From Tubulanus polymorphus (taxonomy: Eukaryota > Animalia > Nemertea), in NCBI RefSeq assembly GCF_964204645.1, contig NC_134027.1:620001-684000 (forward strand): a DNA stretch of 64,000 nucleotides, in the 5' to 3' direction. The notes under the pieces were generated by a model. That model ran no database searches and was not told the origin of the DNA. It saw only the letters and a program-made list of their open reading frames with translations. This document shows, piece by piece, positions 23,510 to 36,310 of the stretch (position 1 is the stretch's first letter; every line of letters starts with the position of its first letter). The position numbers and the translations under genes are program-made.

Positions 23510-26136
23510 TAGACTGGTTGCTAGTTTACATTAGACTGGTTGCCGGTCTCTTCCTGTAGACCGTTTACCGGTCTCTATCTTTCATTAGAGACCGGTTGTG
23601 CCCATCCTCCATTTTACATTTTCGATGCATGTCAAATAAGGTCAAACATGTTAAGTAGCAAGTTACTTCCTGGTTAAGATGGCGTCTCTTCGAATCTGCT
23701 TGGCTTCGAGCGATATTAAAATTGCCCTTTATAATGGACGGAAAGACATTGATTGCTAAGTATCAGATAAATCCGCTGATAATTTACCTGGTACTCGAAA
23801 TACCGACTAACAAGGATCGAAATCTAATGCGAGATGAGCTCTGCCGCGACCGTCACTGAATACAGAACATTCTGAAGGAACAGAGGACATCCTTCCTATA
23901 ACTACCGTTCGTGGGATGTATTTAGTGAATTGATGTTTTAATACAGTGTTGTAAAATGACTATATTTAGTATCTGAATAAAGTTTACAATTGCTGAATTC
24001 CTTAGTGCTTTGTTAGATCAGATATTTGGATCCACCTCAGCCTACTGATTTCCTGATACAGACAGCAAGTTGGGACAGTCAAATTAAGAGATTTGGTCAA
24101 GACAAGTTACTCAGATCACACTGGAAATTCGCAATATCCTCTCTCCTCATGGACCACACATTGTCAATGTTGACTTTGCTAGAAATCGATTATAAAATTC
24201 ATCACGACCAATTCTTTTTCACTGAATTCAATATTTATTGTTCACTTCTGGTACAAAATCTTGTTCAGCCCCTGACAAGAGAATAAACAATGACACTACG
24301 TATTTCATGACATAGAACAGTAGTTTTTTTTTCCATCGACAAATTGGGACGATCCTGATATCCCTGATTTGAATGATAGTGTCTTTAGAATCATAAAGAC
24401 CATGTCTCGACCAGACAGATAATCCAATCACAATTCAAATTGAAGGCTCGCTAGTGCAGTTATTCACAGAATCCAGCTCTTTAAACCTCATCAGTTTATC
24501 AGAATCGAGGAGTTTCACCGCCTGTTATTTGGAATTTCATTTCATGACAGCTAGTGCTGATTCTTTATTCTCTTTGATTACTGCATGATGTTATCATTCT
24601 GAAATTAAAATACATATCACACTTATAATTAAACCTGGATTGACTTTACAAATTAATGGTTCAGAATCCATTTTTCAAACTTACCTTGATGCATTGCAAT
24701 CTATTCTTTTATTTGAGCTAATTTGATAGTTGAGCTAATTTGATACGCATTACTTCAATTTCTTAAAACATCCTACGAGTTGCGACTCACAAAATCATCA
24801 CTAAAACGTCGCAATAATCTACAATAGATAATCAATATAGTTTTTGTGAAATAGCACTCATATTAAATGTTCACATCTTACGGAGTAAGTAAGTAGGTGA
24901 AGTTACCTCGTTGATGTCATTATTTTCACTGGATCAACTGCTGATGTCCAATGTCGCATAAAGAACAATCAATCAATCGCCTCGAGTGAACAAATAAGTT
25001 GCCTCTGCTGCATGGTTCAGTATGTTAGTAGTGGTAGTAGTATTGTATGTATTGTTACCGATATTTTCGGTACCACACGCTAAACAAGTGCCTGCAGAAG
25101 CGTTACCCGGCAGTTTTAATGAAATTTCGTTCTTCATTGATAAAAACAAGAAAACTAATTTTGATAAACTATTTGACGCCTGCAAAAAAATGTAGAATTT
25201 CTAGGATAAGCTAATGTGGATTTGCAAACTTGAAATCGAAGTTTAAAGAAATTTGGGGAATTATAACATTTGGCGATTGGGTAGATGATACTTCGACTGT
25301 AGGTATAGTGGTTTAATTTTCTTTATTAAAGATTGTCAATAATTGATAACTTGCGACCGACTTCATTCACATTTGCCTCTAAGCTGGTCTGCAACTTCAT
25401 TGCCTCCATAGTTGAAGAAAGAGCTCTTCTGATGTCTGCTTCATCATGACTTCGTGTGGCCTAGAAGGCTGGCCCGGTCCCCGGGCCCGGGTTTGGCTGT
25501 CACTCGATATACTAAAAATTTAGTCTTGAGTCTGGGTTGAAGTAGACATTGTCATTTAAAATAACTTGTTTATGTTATTCTCTATGAATTACCCGTGTGT
25601 CTTGTATGTTGTATTTTCTTACTTTAAAATGTGAAACTTTATTGAATTTGGGAATTTTAATCCCGGAATTTCAATGTAATAACGATCAATAAAAAATTGA
25701 ATTGAATTGTCACCTAATACACTTGCCATCAGAGCACGCGGAGCCGTATGTAACAGCTAGGCTATTATAAATTGCTAATCTCATGAAACCTGCATACCCC
25801 TAATATCGAACATATTTTCTAAAAAATTTGAATATTGAAATTATATGTTTACACATTTGAATATTGACCGCTTGTAGCCGCTGATGAAATTCACACGGGC
25901 CCTACACAGATCGTAGATAGCTTCGTCATTCCACCAACATCCCCATCAGGGTCTGACTTTTATATCAGACTTCCGCATCGTGTATACATCCGCCATTTAC
26001 TTATCATTTCTATTTATGCCTGCCGCTTCTGATATAATCATACATCCTTAACTATTACAATACGTCTTCTAATTCCGCGGAAAATGGCGGACGGGCAAAA
26101 CCTGTCCCATATTGAATGGGACAGGCAACCAGTCTA
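23510..26136. other. Cassette copy 1 (diverged direct paralog of 57311-59225), bounded by inverted TAGACTGGTTGCC motifs
   Basis: Colinear shared blocks include CCCATCCTCCATTTTACATTTT, CTGAATAAAGTTTACAAT, AGATCAGATATTTGGATCCAC, CCAGCTCTTTAAACCTCATCA and ATGGCGGACGGG. This copy has about 0.9 kb of extra sequence at 25150-26070. Confidence 0.8.
24973..25137 (-). CDS. Putative small CxxC peptide (MKNEISLKLPGNASAGTCLACGTENI...)
   Basis: ATG and about 26 N-terminal residues conserved with 58798-58995; the C-termini are unrelated. Confidence 0.3.
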   Translation of the reverse strand: MKNEISLKLPGNASAGTCLACGTENIGNNTYNTTTTTNILNHAAEATYLFTRGD

Positions 26137-29100
26137 GTTTTCTAAACGATGTATTTATTACTCGCGTACCACAGTATTTATTACTCGCGTACCACAGTCG
26201 GACAATCGACCTATGTACGATCTCCACCGTCGCGTGCTGCCTATACATAAACAATAAGCGGTTAATCTGTGAACAATAACCTCACTTGCCACAGTAAGAC
26301 ACCGATCGGCAGCCGACGAAGTTAATCCCAGTCCAGTGGCTAAATCGCAAATTTAGCACCAGAGGCTGAAAGTTGTTGGGAATTCGTGGCTGTAAATCAT
26401 AAATAAAATATATATTAAACTAAAAGTATGTGTTTATGTTGATGGTTGAGTTTTTTGTCAAGGTGTGGAATGCGCGTTTGTGCCGATCATACAGCAACTT
26501 ATGATTGTTTGTACATCAGCCAGAACCCAGGTCCACTCATTAGGATCCAGTTCCACAGATCAGGATCCAGCTCCTAGGATCCAGTTCCACAGATCAGGAT
26601 CCAGCTCACAGAATCCAGTTGCATATAGTTTGACTTAGTTAGGTTAGACTTAGTAATATGTTCATTTCCACAGTGTTAGTCTTGACTTTAATTTTGAGCA
26701 TACAAAAACATCTCGATTCAACGGACGGCTAATTACGATTCAAGAGGGCTTCTAGGTATAATGTGAACAAATGTTTTAAATGAAGTTAAATGATTTAATG
26801 TAGATAGTTTAAAGTCGATGAGCCTCTGATTTTAATCTATACATGTTCACGGATTTGTCCCATTATAACCTATTTCTTATAATCACAGGTCAGCGGTCGC
26901 CATTGTGTCCGGATTCAGGTTGAATTTTGATCGACTTTTTTCACAATGGAATCGGTGCGCATTCCTTTACCGGATATCGATCGTATGGTATTGTTATATA
27001 GATAATCGCTTGGATGGACCGCAACTCTTCCGAACCATTTTACCTGACCAGCACCTTCCTTTCGACCACTGGACGCCAGACAGCGAGCACCTCCTGTGAA
27101 AATACTCCCGAAACCCGAACATCTGCGTTTGGTAAGTGTTATAACAGTTGAACAGTTTAAGAATGATTTTGACTCTTTAAAAATTAAATGAATTAAGTTA
27201 TGTTTTTTGACGATGAAATAAATTACTCTTACTAAACAATTCATTTCAAATGTGGCTGCCTCTTGACTGGTTAAACTCAATTAGATTGAGTTTAAGCTCG
27301 GGTTAATGTTGATACTGCTCTATTAAACCAGCCCCTGTTCTCAATTTTTTAAGTTTTATTGCCATTGTCAATGAGGACAACAATTTGTACTTAACCGTTT
27401 TTAGCTTAATGTTCTCACAAGCTCGCTAGGCCATGGTGTCAAATTTTAATTTCATTGAAGTTTGTACTGTTTAATACTTGTCATCTAAATCTGAATTTCA
27501 AAATCACAATAATTTTAAAATGTTCAATGTTTTGTCGTCTTTTGTGTCGTGCGGAATTCGAACGCGAGTTGCTTCCCAGATTCGAACGCGACAACCACGG
27601 CTCGCCCGCTGTTAAATCTTAATCTCGTAATTTTTTAGGAGTCCTAAAACCGTTTTTAGTCCGAAAAAAATTGTATTCAAAACTTCTGAAAAAACTATTT
27701 ACTTATTGAGACAATGCGCAAATTCATTTCTGAAATCCCTTTGGAATCGAACCGGGTGATACTGATTTATCTCATCCCTATATCTGCGGCGAAAAAACCG
27801 ATATGAACGAGCAGTTCAGAACGGCGGGGAATCCCCGTAACGTTCTCCGCAGCAAAGCCACGTGACACGACTAACTTGTACGTGCGTGCTCCGTATTAGT
27901 GAAGACACTGTTACTGGGGTCATCATTCTAAAACATATATACAGGTAAAATAGAAGATGCTGGTTCAGAGACCAGTACTCTTTGTCTTAGACTAGTTGAG
28001 GTCACACTCTAGAGGAGCGAGATTTATAAAATAGATACCGCGCCCTTTGAATCGATGTCAGTATTCTTTAGATCTCTCAAACCGGCTTAGTAACATTTGA
28101 ATTTTATTTTTTCTAGCATTTGCTGGTTAGAGTCATCGATCCACACCGGGGACCGCACCTAGGAGCAGCCACATCTAGGAGCAGGAGCATCCACTGGGAC
28201 CGCACCTAGGAGCGGCAAGTAGGAGCAGCCGCACATAGGAGCAGCCACAGGAGGGACTGACCTGAATTGGGAATCACTGAATGGAAAAGATAAGTAGATA
28301 TATTTATCATTAAACTACAATATTTTTGGAGTACAGGTCTTGAGATGTTTTCAAACTTCCCATCATCTCTTCAGGTGTTTCTGCTGTAGTATGTGGTTTT
28401 TTTTCTGTTCAGGTGTCGCCCCCATATTTTTCTGATTGCTAGCAAAAAACAGGGTTCAACTGCTGTATCAGGCATATTACGATGTTAGATTAATTTGTTC
28501 TTGTTGTTCAGGCGTTTCTGCAGTTTTTGAATGTTTTAATGTAAAGTCCATCACCGATATACACACCACATTCAGGTATTCTCTATCGTGATAAATTGTG
28601 AATCAAAAACTTACATATTTAGACTTAATTAGAAATTCATTGGTTCAAAAGGTTTTCATTTATAAAAAAATGTTAAAATTGATTGAAAATAATTACATTG
28701 TTGTAATGGGAGTGATTTTTCGACCCTAATTAACATCGAAAAAAGTTAAACAGAAAATTTAGAAAAAAATGATTAAATAAAGAATTAATAAATAATAAAA
28801 TAGATAAGTAAATCTAGTCCTGCTTTCACAAAAAAGTTTTGTTCAGACTTTTTGGGAAATTGGATATATATATATAACTTATATTTATTTTAATCATCAG
28901 GTATAATATAGCAATTGACTTGAAATGAATATCATACTAGTATTTATAAACATACAAATCTTCATTAACAAACTAGGGCAAAACATCCCAAAAACGTTAG
29001 TTAAAGATATATCATAATTCATTTACTCATTTCAAAATTAGATTTACCATATTTACATATATCATATCATATATCGTTATCTCAATTTTTATGGTTATTC

Positions 29101-29169
29101 AACTACCTTAATTCTGGGATTTATTAAATAGCAACAATTGTGCAAAATCTTAGTATTTTCACTGGTGTC

Positions 29170-31162
29170 ACTTTCTTCTTTTTGCCGCTGCCTTTTATTT
29201 AAAGAAAACACGTTGGCCTTCGTCAATTTGATAATAATAATTGTCTTATTTGGAAAGAAATTCTTGGGATTCAGAAAATATAGCGCTTGTATCTGAATTC
29301 TTGGAAATATTCATTGAATCGTCAATCGAAGTGACAAAAATTTGACAAAAAATACTTTTAGTGGATAAATGGAGGTTGTAAGTGGGATTGTTAGACGGAG
29401 AGAGGAGATAGAGGAACCACTCGTCTTTTCTTCTGATGCTGTCCTGTCTTGCATTCTGTGACACAGATTGTGGTTGGATAAACACAGCTGATATCTCATT
29501 ATCATCGTAATTGAAATGTATGTTGTACCTCTAAATCTGCATTATTTTTGGCGGCCGAGGTCCACTTGTTCCCTCACTACAACTGCTGTCCGATCCTTTT
29601 CTCTTTCTCGAGGTTTTGGAATTAATATTAAAAGTTCCGTCCATCAGCTCTTAGCCGTTGAGAAGTACTGCGTGAAAATGAGCAAAACTAGTAATCATAG
29701 CTTGACCTGGTTTCTCAATAATGATGTCACTGGGAAAGCCCTTCAGCGTCCATGTTCAATGTAAATAAAACAAACATTACGTATTGATCAGGCTCCCAAA
29801 ATTCTGCAAAAAATGATCAAATTAAAAACAATTCAGTTTAATCCTCCTTCGTGGTACCACTGCTGGAGCACCTGATGTACCGGCCTGGGTGGTACCACTG
29901 CTGGAGCACCTGATGTACCAGCCTGGGTGGTAACACTGCTGGAGCACCTGATGTACCGGCCTGGGTGGTAACACTGCTGGAGCACCTGATGTACCGGTCA
30001 GGGTGGTACCACTGCTGGAGCACCTGATGTACCGGCCTGGGTGGTACCACTGCTGGAGCACCTGATGTACCGGCCTGGGTGGTACCACTGCTGGAGCACC
30101 TGATGTACCGGTCAGGGTGGTACCACTGCTGGAGCACCTGATGTACCGGTCAGGGTGGTACCACTGATGGAGCACCTGATGTACCAGCCTGGGTGGTAAC
30201 ACTGCTGGAGCACCTGATGTACCGGTCAGGGTGGTACCACTGCTGGAGCACCTGATGTACCGGTCAGGGTGGTACCACTGATGGAGCACCTGATGTACCG
30301 GTCAGGGTGGTACTACTGATGGAGCACCTGATGTACCGGTCAGGGTGGTACCACTGATGGAGCACCTGATGTACCGGTCAGGGTGGTACCACTGATGGAG
30401 CACCTGATGTACCGGTCAGGGTGGTACTACTGATGGAGCACCTGATGTACCGCCTTAGGCATCTAGAAAAAGTAAAAATATTCAAAAATTTCATACAGTT
30501 CAGTACTTTATTACACTTATTCTTTATTATGTAAAACATGATATATGATGACAACTACAGCAGTATACGGGCTGGATGTTGAAGGGCCGGGGACCCGCAT
30601 TTTTTTGTTTGCTTTTGGAATAGTTGAAAGGCTTGATGTTAATACTTGATCTGGATGGGTCCGCGCCCCTTCTATAGTGTCAAAAATATATAAATTGTGA
30701 AATTTTCCAATTTGGATGCTGTTCTGGGAAATGAAAGGATAATTTCACTCTGTTTTTATCATTTGGTTTTAACGGATAATTCTTGCTGGAAACTACCGTC
30801 TTGTGTCTGAACACTCGATATATCGATTTCACTGGTGTGTGTGTCAATAGCATGTGTTGCTTGAAATGTGACTTTTGCTCAAACTATTGACAGCATATTA
30901 CAGTTTGATTCCTTATTATCACCAGTAGTCATTGCACGCTTTAATCTAACATTGCTAAGGTAATTTTAGGTAATTGCCCTCCCATTCTATCTGGTGTGCA
31001 GCTATCTGATAGGCCGCTGCTGAGGCGTATTAATCCGATTTTTGGGAGGGGCAGCAGCGGGCGACAAAGGATTAACCGGTGGTGGTATCCTGTCAGGAAC
31101 CAAGTTTCTTTTAAATTCCTCCACCAATTCCCCGAACGGACATTCGTCTAAAATGTTGATGA
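29170..31162 (-). pseudogene. Decayed copy of the orphan gene family with a C2H2 zinc-finger relic
   Basis: The exon from 31162 reads INILDECPFGELVEEFKRNLVPDRIPPP...PQQRPIR* (CAG>TAG). Positions 30902-30839 read CN/CCQ*FEQKSHFKQHMLLTH with a frameshift. An MPKA exon starts at 30462, and a downstream frame reads ...SRKRKGSDSSCSEGTSGPRPPK... with stops. Confidence 0.6.
29851..30451. repeat. 38-bp minisatellite x~16
   Basis: GTGGTACCACTGCTGGAGCACCTGATGTACCGGCCTGG; translations cycle through frames because 38 is not a multiple of 3. Confidence 0.97.
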
Positions 31163-33640
31163 CTGTAAAATAAAAATAAGGAGAAATATATTAAACAACA
31201 AGTCGAATGGTTTTGATGCTACGGTTAAGAATTCTGGTACTCGGCGAGGTTAAACATTCATTTCTTAAACTTTACAATCGATTGTCACATTGATGGCGCC
31301 ATCTATAAACCTTTCTAAAAACAACTATAGGATTTCAATTGCACAATGTTAATACTACGGATCAACAGTTATTATTAGATTTTGATTATCAGTGACATAC
31401 GTCACACTAAATGATATTGTATGAAAATAGTTAAACTACTTACACTCGGTAGAAATAAGCGTACGAACTCCTTCCGTCGGAACGCACGACTTAACCGAAA
31501 TATCAGTGCTGTAAAACAAAAAATACAATTCATTATAATCACATACATTAATTACAAACTCAAATTCAAGAGCAGTTTGAACTGTGTCTCATGAAACTGA
31601 ACCCAGATGAATCCAGTTCATTCAGGAATGAGAATTTGTAGTTTTTTCTAAATCTTTTTAAGCTTGCCGACAAGACGAGCGAACACCGGCATAAATATCG
31701 AACATGTTTAATGTCGGCGGGCGACGAAATCACCGTGACGGCCGATTTATAGATAGATCGGTACCCGCTCGTATCGGGCGTATAAATTCACCGGCGAATT
31801 TAATCGTCGCGATCGGGCAAAAAAATGGATACGCTCGCGTCCTTCTAGCTTTATATCATATTACTATTTAATAACGTTAACTCCTCCCGCCAGAACGCAC
31901 AACTTAATCTAAATATTAGTGCTGTAAAACAAAAAATACAATTAATAATATCCTATCGGGAACCAAGTTTCTTTTAAATTCCCCCACCAAATCCTCAAAC
32001 GGGCATTCTTCTAAAATTTGCAGAACTGTAAAATAAAAATAGAGAGAAATACATTAAACAACAAGTCGAATGGTTTCGATGCTACGGCTATGAATATCAT
32101 TCCAACAGGGGGCGCCTGATGTTACTTAAGTTTGATTTCAATGTAATCGTGTTGGTCTGGCAGCGATCGCTGATTGGACCGTATAGGCCCCGGCTATCAT
32201 TAGAGATTTTAGTCAGGATATTTATGAACCCACTCTTGGAAAAATTCCTGGATCAGTAACAAACGTCACACTAAAGGATATTGTATGAAAATAGTTAAAC
32301 TACTTACACTCCGGTAGAAATAAACGTACGAACTCCTTCCGCCGGAACGCTCGACTTAATCTAAATATCAGTGCTGTAAAACAAAAAATACAATTAATAA
32401 TATCCTATCGGGAACCAAGTTTCTTTTAAATTCCCCCACCAAATCCTCGAACGGGCATTCTTCTAAAATTTGCAGAACTGTAAAATAAAAATAGAGAGAA
32501 ATACATTAAACAACAAGTCAAATGGTTTTGATGCTATGAATGCTTTTACAAAAGGGGGCGCCTGATGTTATTTATTTCAATGTAATCGTGTTGGGCTGGC
32601 AGTGATCATTGATTGGACTGTTTTAGTGTTTTTGGAATTGCCAGGAAAAGAATACTAGAGGACCAAAGGTCCTGTGGTCTCCTGTTTTGATAAACACACT
32701 ACAATTGTGATTTTTTTAAGTAACACAATTAATTATTTTTTCCTCTCAATGATTTGCAACTTATTCATACTGAACAAAATTTTAATTAGATTTGAAGTTT
32801 GCGCTGAATGAAATGAAATTCGATTTGTTTGTTTAAATCTGAATGAAATTGAATCAAATTTTTATGCTTCTTCGGCAACTACTCGAGAAAAAACACTATT
32901 TTACTAAAACCTTACGCAATTGTCATAAATACATTTTCTGTAAAATAGTGTATTCTGATTGGTTCTATTCTGATTGGTTCTAATCTAGGGTGGATACAAG
33001 CTTCCACTGTTTTCCAGAATATAGTCAGAAAATGTGACTAACATAACTTCTAGAAGTAACTAATCTGACAGGTCCGTACAGCTAACTCAGTCAGGTTGTG
33101 AGCCATAACAACCTATAAAAAGGCTCTGGCCGTCTCTTAAGACCCACTAGGGTTACACTGTTACTTGCAGTTGATAATTCCGCAACTATTTCTTTATGCA
33201 AATGCATTCAAATAGACAGATATAACAGGCTACATATCGTCATTATAGGATTAATTTGTTGAATGTTTTTATTAGATTTTGAGGAGATATCACAGGCCCG
33301 GATCCAGGGAGGGTTTCAGGGGTCGTGACTCCGCTGATCAGCTACCAAAAATTTTAAAAATTCGTTTTCTTGAAGGAATGTAAATGCTTACTCGAGACAA
33401 GCCAAAAAACCGGTACCATATGATCTTATGTTTGGCCAAACAATATGCCGTATAGGCCCCGGCTATCATTAGAGATTTTAGTCAGGATTTTTATGAACCC
33501 ACTCTTGGAAAAATTCCTGGATCAGTTACACACGTCACACTAAATGATATTGTATGAAAATAGTTAAACTACTTACACTCTGGTAGAAATAAACGTACGA
33601 ACTCCTTCCGCCGGAACGCTCGACTTAACCTAAATATTAG
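31005..33640 (-). repeat. Scrambled inverted segmental duplication of 1-2340
   Basis: 1-450 matches 31400-31831, about 1470-2260 matches 32400-33175, and 940-1085 matches 33190-33355. Several partial re-iterations of the RLSRAFRR and ILEECPF exons occur. Confidence 0.92.
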
Positions 33641-34317
33641 TGTTCGTGCTTGACAAAACTAGTTTGAATAAGAGCTGTTTGTTTTAATGAGATGAACTGA
33701 ATCAACAGAATTATGTAACTGAACCTAAGTGTGTCCAGTTCCCAAATAAGGATTTGTGTTTTTCTAACCCATTTACGTAAGATATCAACAGACAGGGTTC
33801 ATTCAGAGGTCAATCCTAGATGTCCCTCCCTTGAGAAGAATGACATTTCAGGTCATCAACAGATTAAAATTCATTTGAAATCTGAATCTTTGGCTTTTCT
33901 ATAAACAGATTGCAGATTGCATTGGCTTGAAACCTGCTTTTGGCATCTAGAAAAATAAGTAAAAATCATTTGAAAATACATTTTATAATGAGTCCGTCAA
34001 ACAGTTCAATACTTTCTTTCACTTATTCTTAACAAAGTATGAATAAATTAGCATGAAAACAGTAAATTTGTAATTGCAGCAGCTTAGCGGCTTGAAGTCG
34101 AAGGGTCTGCCCCCCCCCGGGTTTTTCTCTGAGCTTTCGGCATCTAGTAAGATAACTATGATATAATGATATTAATAGAAAAATTTAAAGTAAAAGTATT
34201 AAATAAATTGAAGATACATCATATAATCGAGGCAGTCAAACAGTTCAGTACTTTCTTACAACTATTCTTAAGCATGGTATGAATGAATAAGCATGGAAAC
34301 AGTAAATTTGTACTTAC

Positions 34318-34731
34318 TTTATTATAGGGGCTCGATGTTGAGGGCCCCACGCCCCGCGTTTTTTTTATGGCTTTTGGCATTATCTAGAAAAACAAGTAAA
34401 AATATTAAATCATTTGAAACTGGACCCAGGGGTACAAAATACTAAGTATTGGATGAATAAATAAGCATGGAAGCAGTAAATTTGTACTTACTTTATTGTA
34501 CGGGCTTGAGGTTGAGGGCCCCGCGCCCCTGGTTTTGGTTGTGGCTTTTGGCATCTTCTAGAAAAACAAGTAAGAATATTAAATCATTTGAAACTGGACC
34601 CAGGGGTACAAAATACTAAGTATTGGATGAATAAATAAGCATGGAAGCAGTAAATTTGTACTTACTTTATTGTACGGGCTTGAGGTTGAGGGCCCCACGC
34701 CCCGCGTTTTTTTTATGGCTTTCGGCATTAT
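34318..34731 (-). CDS. Three tandem 66-nt phase-0 exons (IMPKAIKKTRGVGPSTSSPYNK / KMPKATTKTRGAGPSTSSPYNK)
   Basis: Exons 34383-34318, 34557-34492 and 34731-34666 each have TTTTCTAG...GTAAGT. The first two differ at six synonymous codons. Confidence 0.6.
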
Positions 34732-34801
34732 CTAGAAAAACAAGTAAAAATATTAAATCATTTGAAAATATATCAGTCAGTCTTATTCTGGTTCAGTGAA
34801 G

Positions 34802-35268
34802 TAATTCTCTATATGATGCATGTAGGGGTCCAGGGACACCACATCCACTAATTCTCTGTATGGTGCATGTAGGGGTCCAGGGACACCACATCCACTAATT
34901 CTTTATATGGTGCATGTAGGGGTCCAGGGACACCACATCCACTAATTCTCTATATGGTGCATGTAGGGGTCCAGGGACACCACATCCACTAATTCTCTAT
35001 ATGGTGCATGTAGGGGTGCAGGGACACCACATCCACTAATTCTTTATATGGTGCATGTAGGGTTCCAGGGACACCACATCCACTAATTCTCTATATGGTG
35101 CATGTAGGGGTGCAGGGACACCACATCCACTAATTCTCTATATGGTGCATGTAGGGTTCCAGGGACACCACATCCACTAATTCTTTATATGGTGCATGTA
35201 GGGGTCCAGGGACACCACATCCACTAATTCTCTATATGGTGCATGTAGGGGTCCAGGGATACCACATC
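34802..35268. repeat. 47-bp minisatellite x10
   Basis: GTAGGGGTCCAGGGACACCACATCCACTAATTCTCTATATGGTGCAT. Confidence 0.97.
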
Positions 35269-35269
35269 C

Positions 35270-36310
35270 TCTATTCTGTTTGGGGCATGGAGATTGCACA
35301 GATTGCCTCTGCTAACAACAGACACCCATTCAACATTTCTCTTTATGGTACTTTCTTCTTCCTCTTTTCTCTCATTTTACAAATTGATATTCAACTATGA
35401 CCTTTTTCATTTTGATATGATGTTTATCTTTACATCATGGTTGCTGGAGATTGTACAAGGAATGATACAAGAAATAATATCCTTAGTTTTAAACTCACAG
35501 CTGTTTGCAATTCTTTCATTTAATCACAGGTTCAATTGAAACGATGCATTCCTATACATATACGCAATCATATCTTTTTTCGAGTCATCATTCTCAGGGA
35601 AATTTGATCTCCACTCAGGTACAGTCAACCCCTGGCTTGCCAGTTATCCTTTAACTTTTTTACAAAATTATCTTTTCAAAATGAATTACCATGAAAGCAG
35701 TAAATTTGAACTTGCCTTATCATAAGGGGTTTTTCTTTTACTCTTTGTTTTAGCTTTATGTATCTTTCATTTGCTGGTGGTTTTAACATGCATGTCGAGG
35801 GAGCTCTCAATCCAGGAACAGTCAGCTCACAAGCAGCCCCTGCCCCAAAAGGTTTTGACATATTTTCAAAAGCTCTAGTTGTTCCGTAGAACCGAGAGCG
35901 GAGCTCTGACTTGTTCCCCTCACTGCTGAGGTCTACTTTCTCTGATTCGCTGATTGGCTTCTCTTTGGTATATTGGATGATCAAAAACTAGAAACTGTCA
36001 TGCGTTTATTCATTTTGGTATGTGTTAAAATTATTTTTCCAGTAAAGGCATATTAAGCACATCAAAACAAATCCGGAATTGTCCCCGAACGAAGTGGCTC
36101 CCTCCACTCTCCATCAGTATGCCGGGCCACCACCTCTACCTCTCGGGCCACTCGATCGTTTGGTGAGTGAACGAGTGACCGCCCGAAATACCGATGGAGA
36201 AGCAGGACCCTCCCCAGCCCCACCACAATCCCTCCTCGGCCTCTTCCCCCTATCTAACCCTGCCCCGTCGTCCTGATTACCTTGATTAGCTGCACCATCC
36301 GCAGGGGCAA
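35270..36310 (-). pseudogene. Decayed long exon of the orphan family (direct duplicate at 53195-54290)
   Basis: Reads ...EWREPLRSGTIPDLF*... then EKPISESEKVDL...RQVQIYCFHGNSF*, with stops and frameshifts; homologous to 3600-3960. Confidence 0.55.

Noticed and set aside
29822-30289. ORFs across the 38-bp array (and similar ORFs at 6937-7190 and 41580-42497)
   Set aside because: They are artefacts of stop-poor repeats whose translation cycles through all frames.
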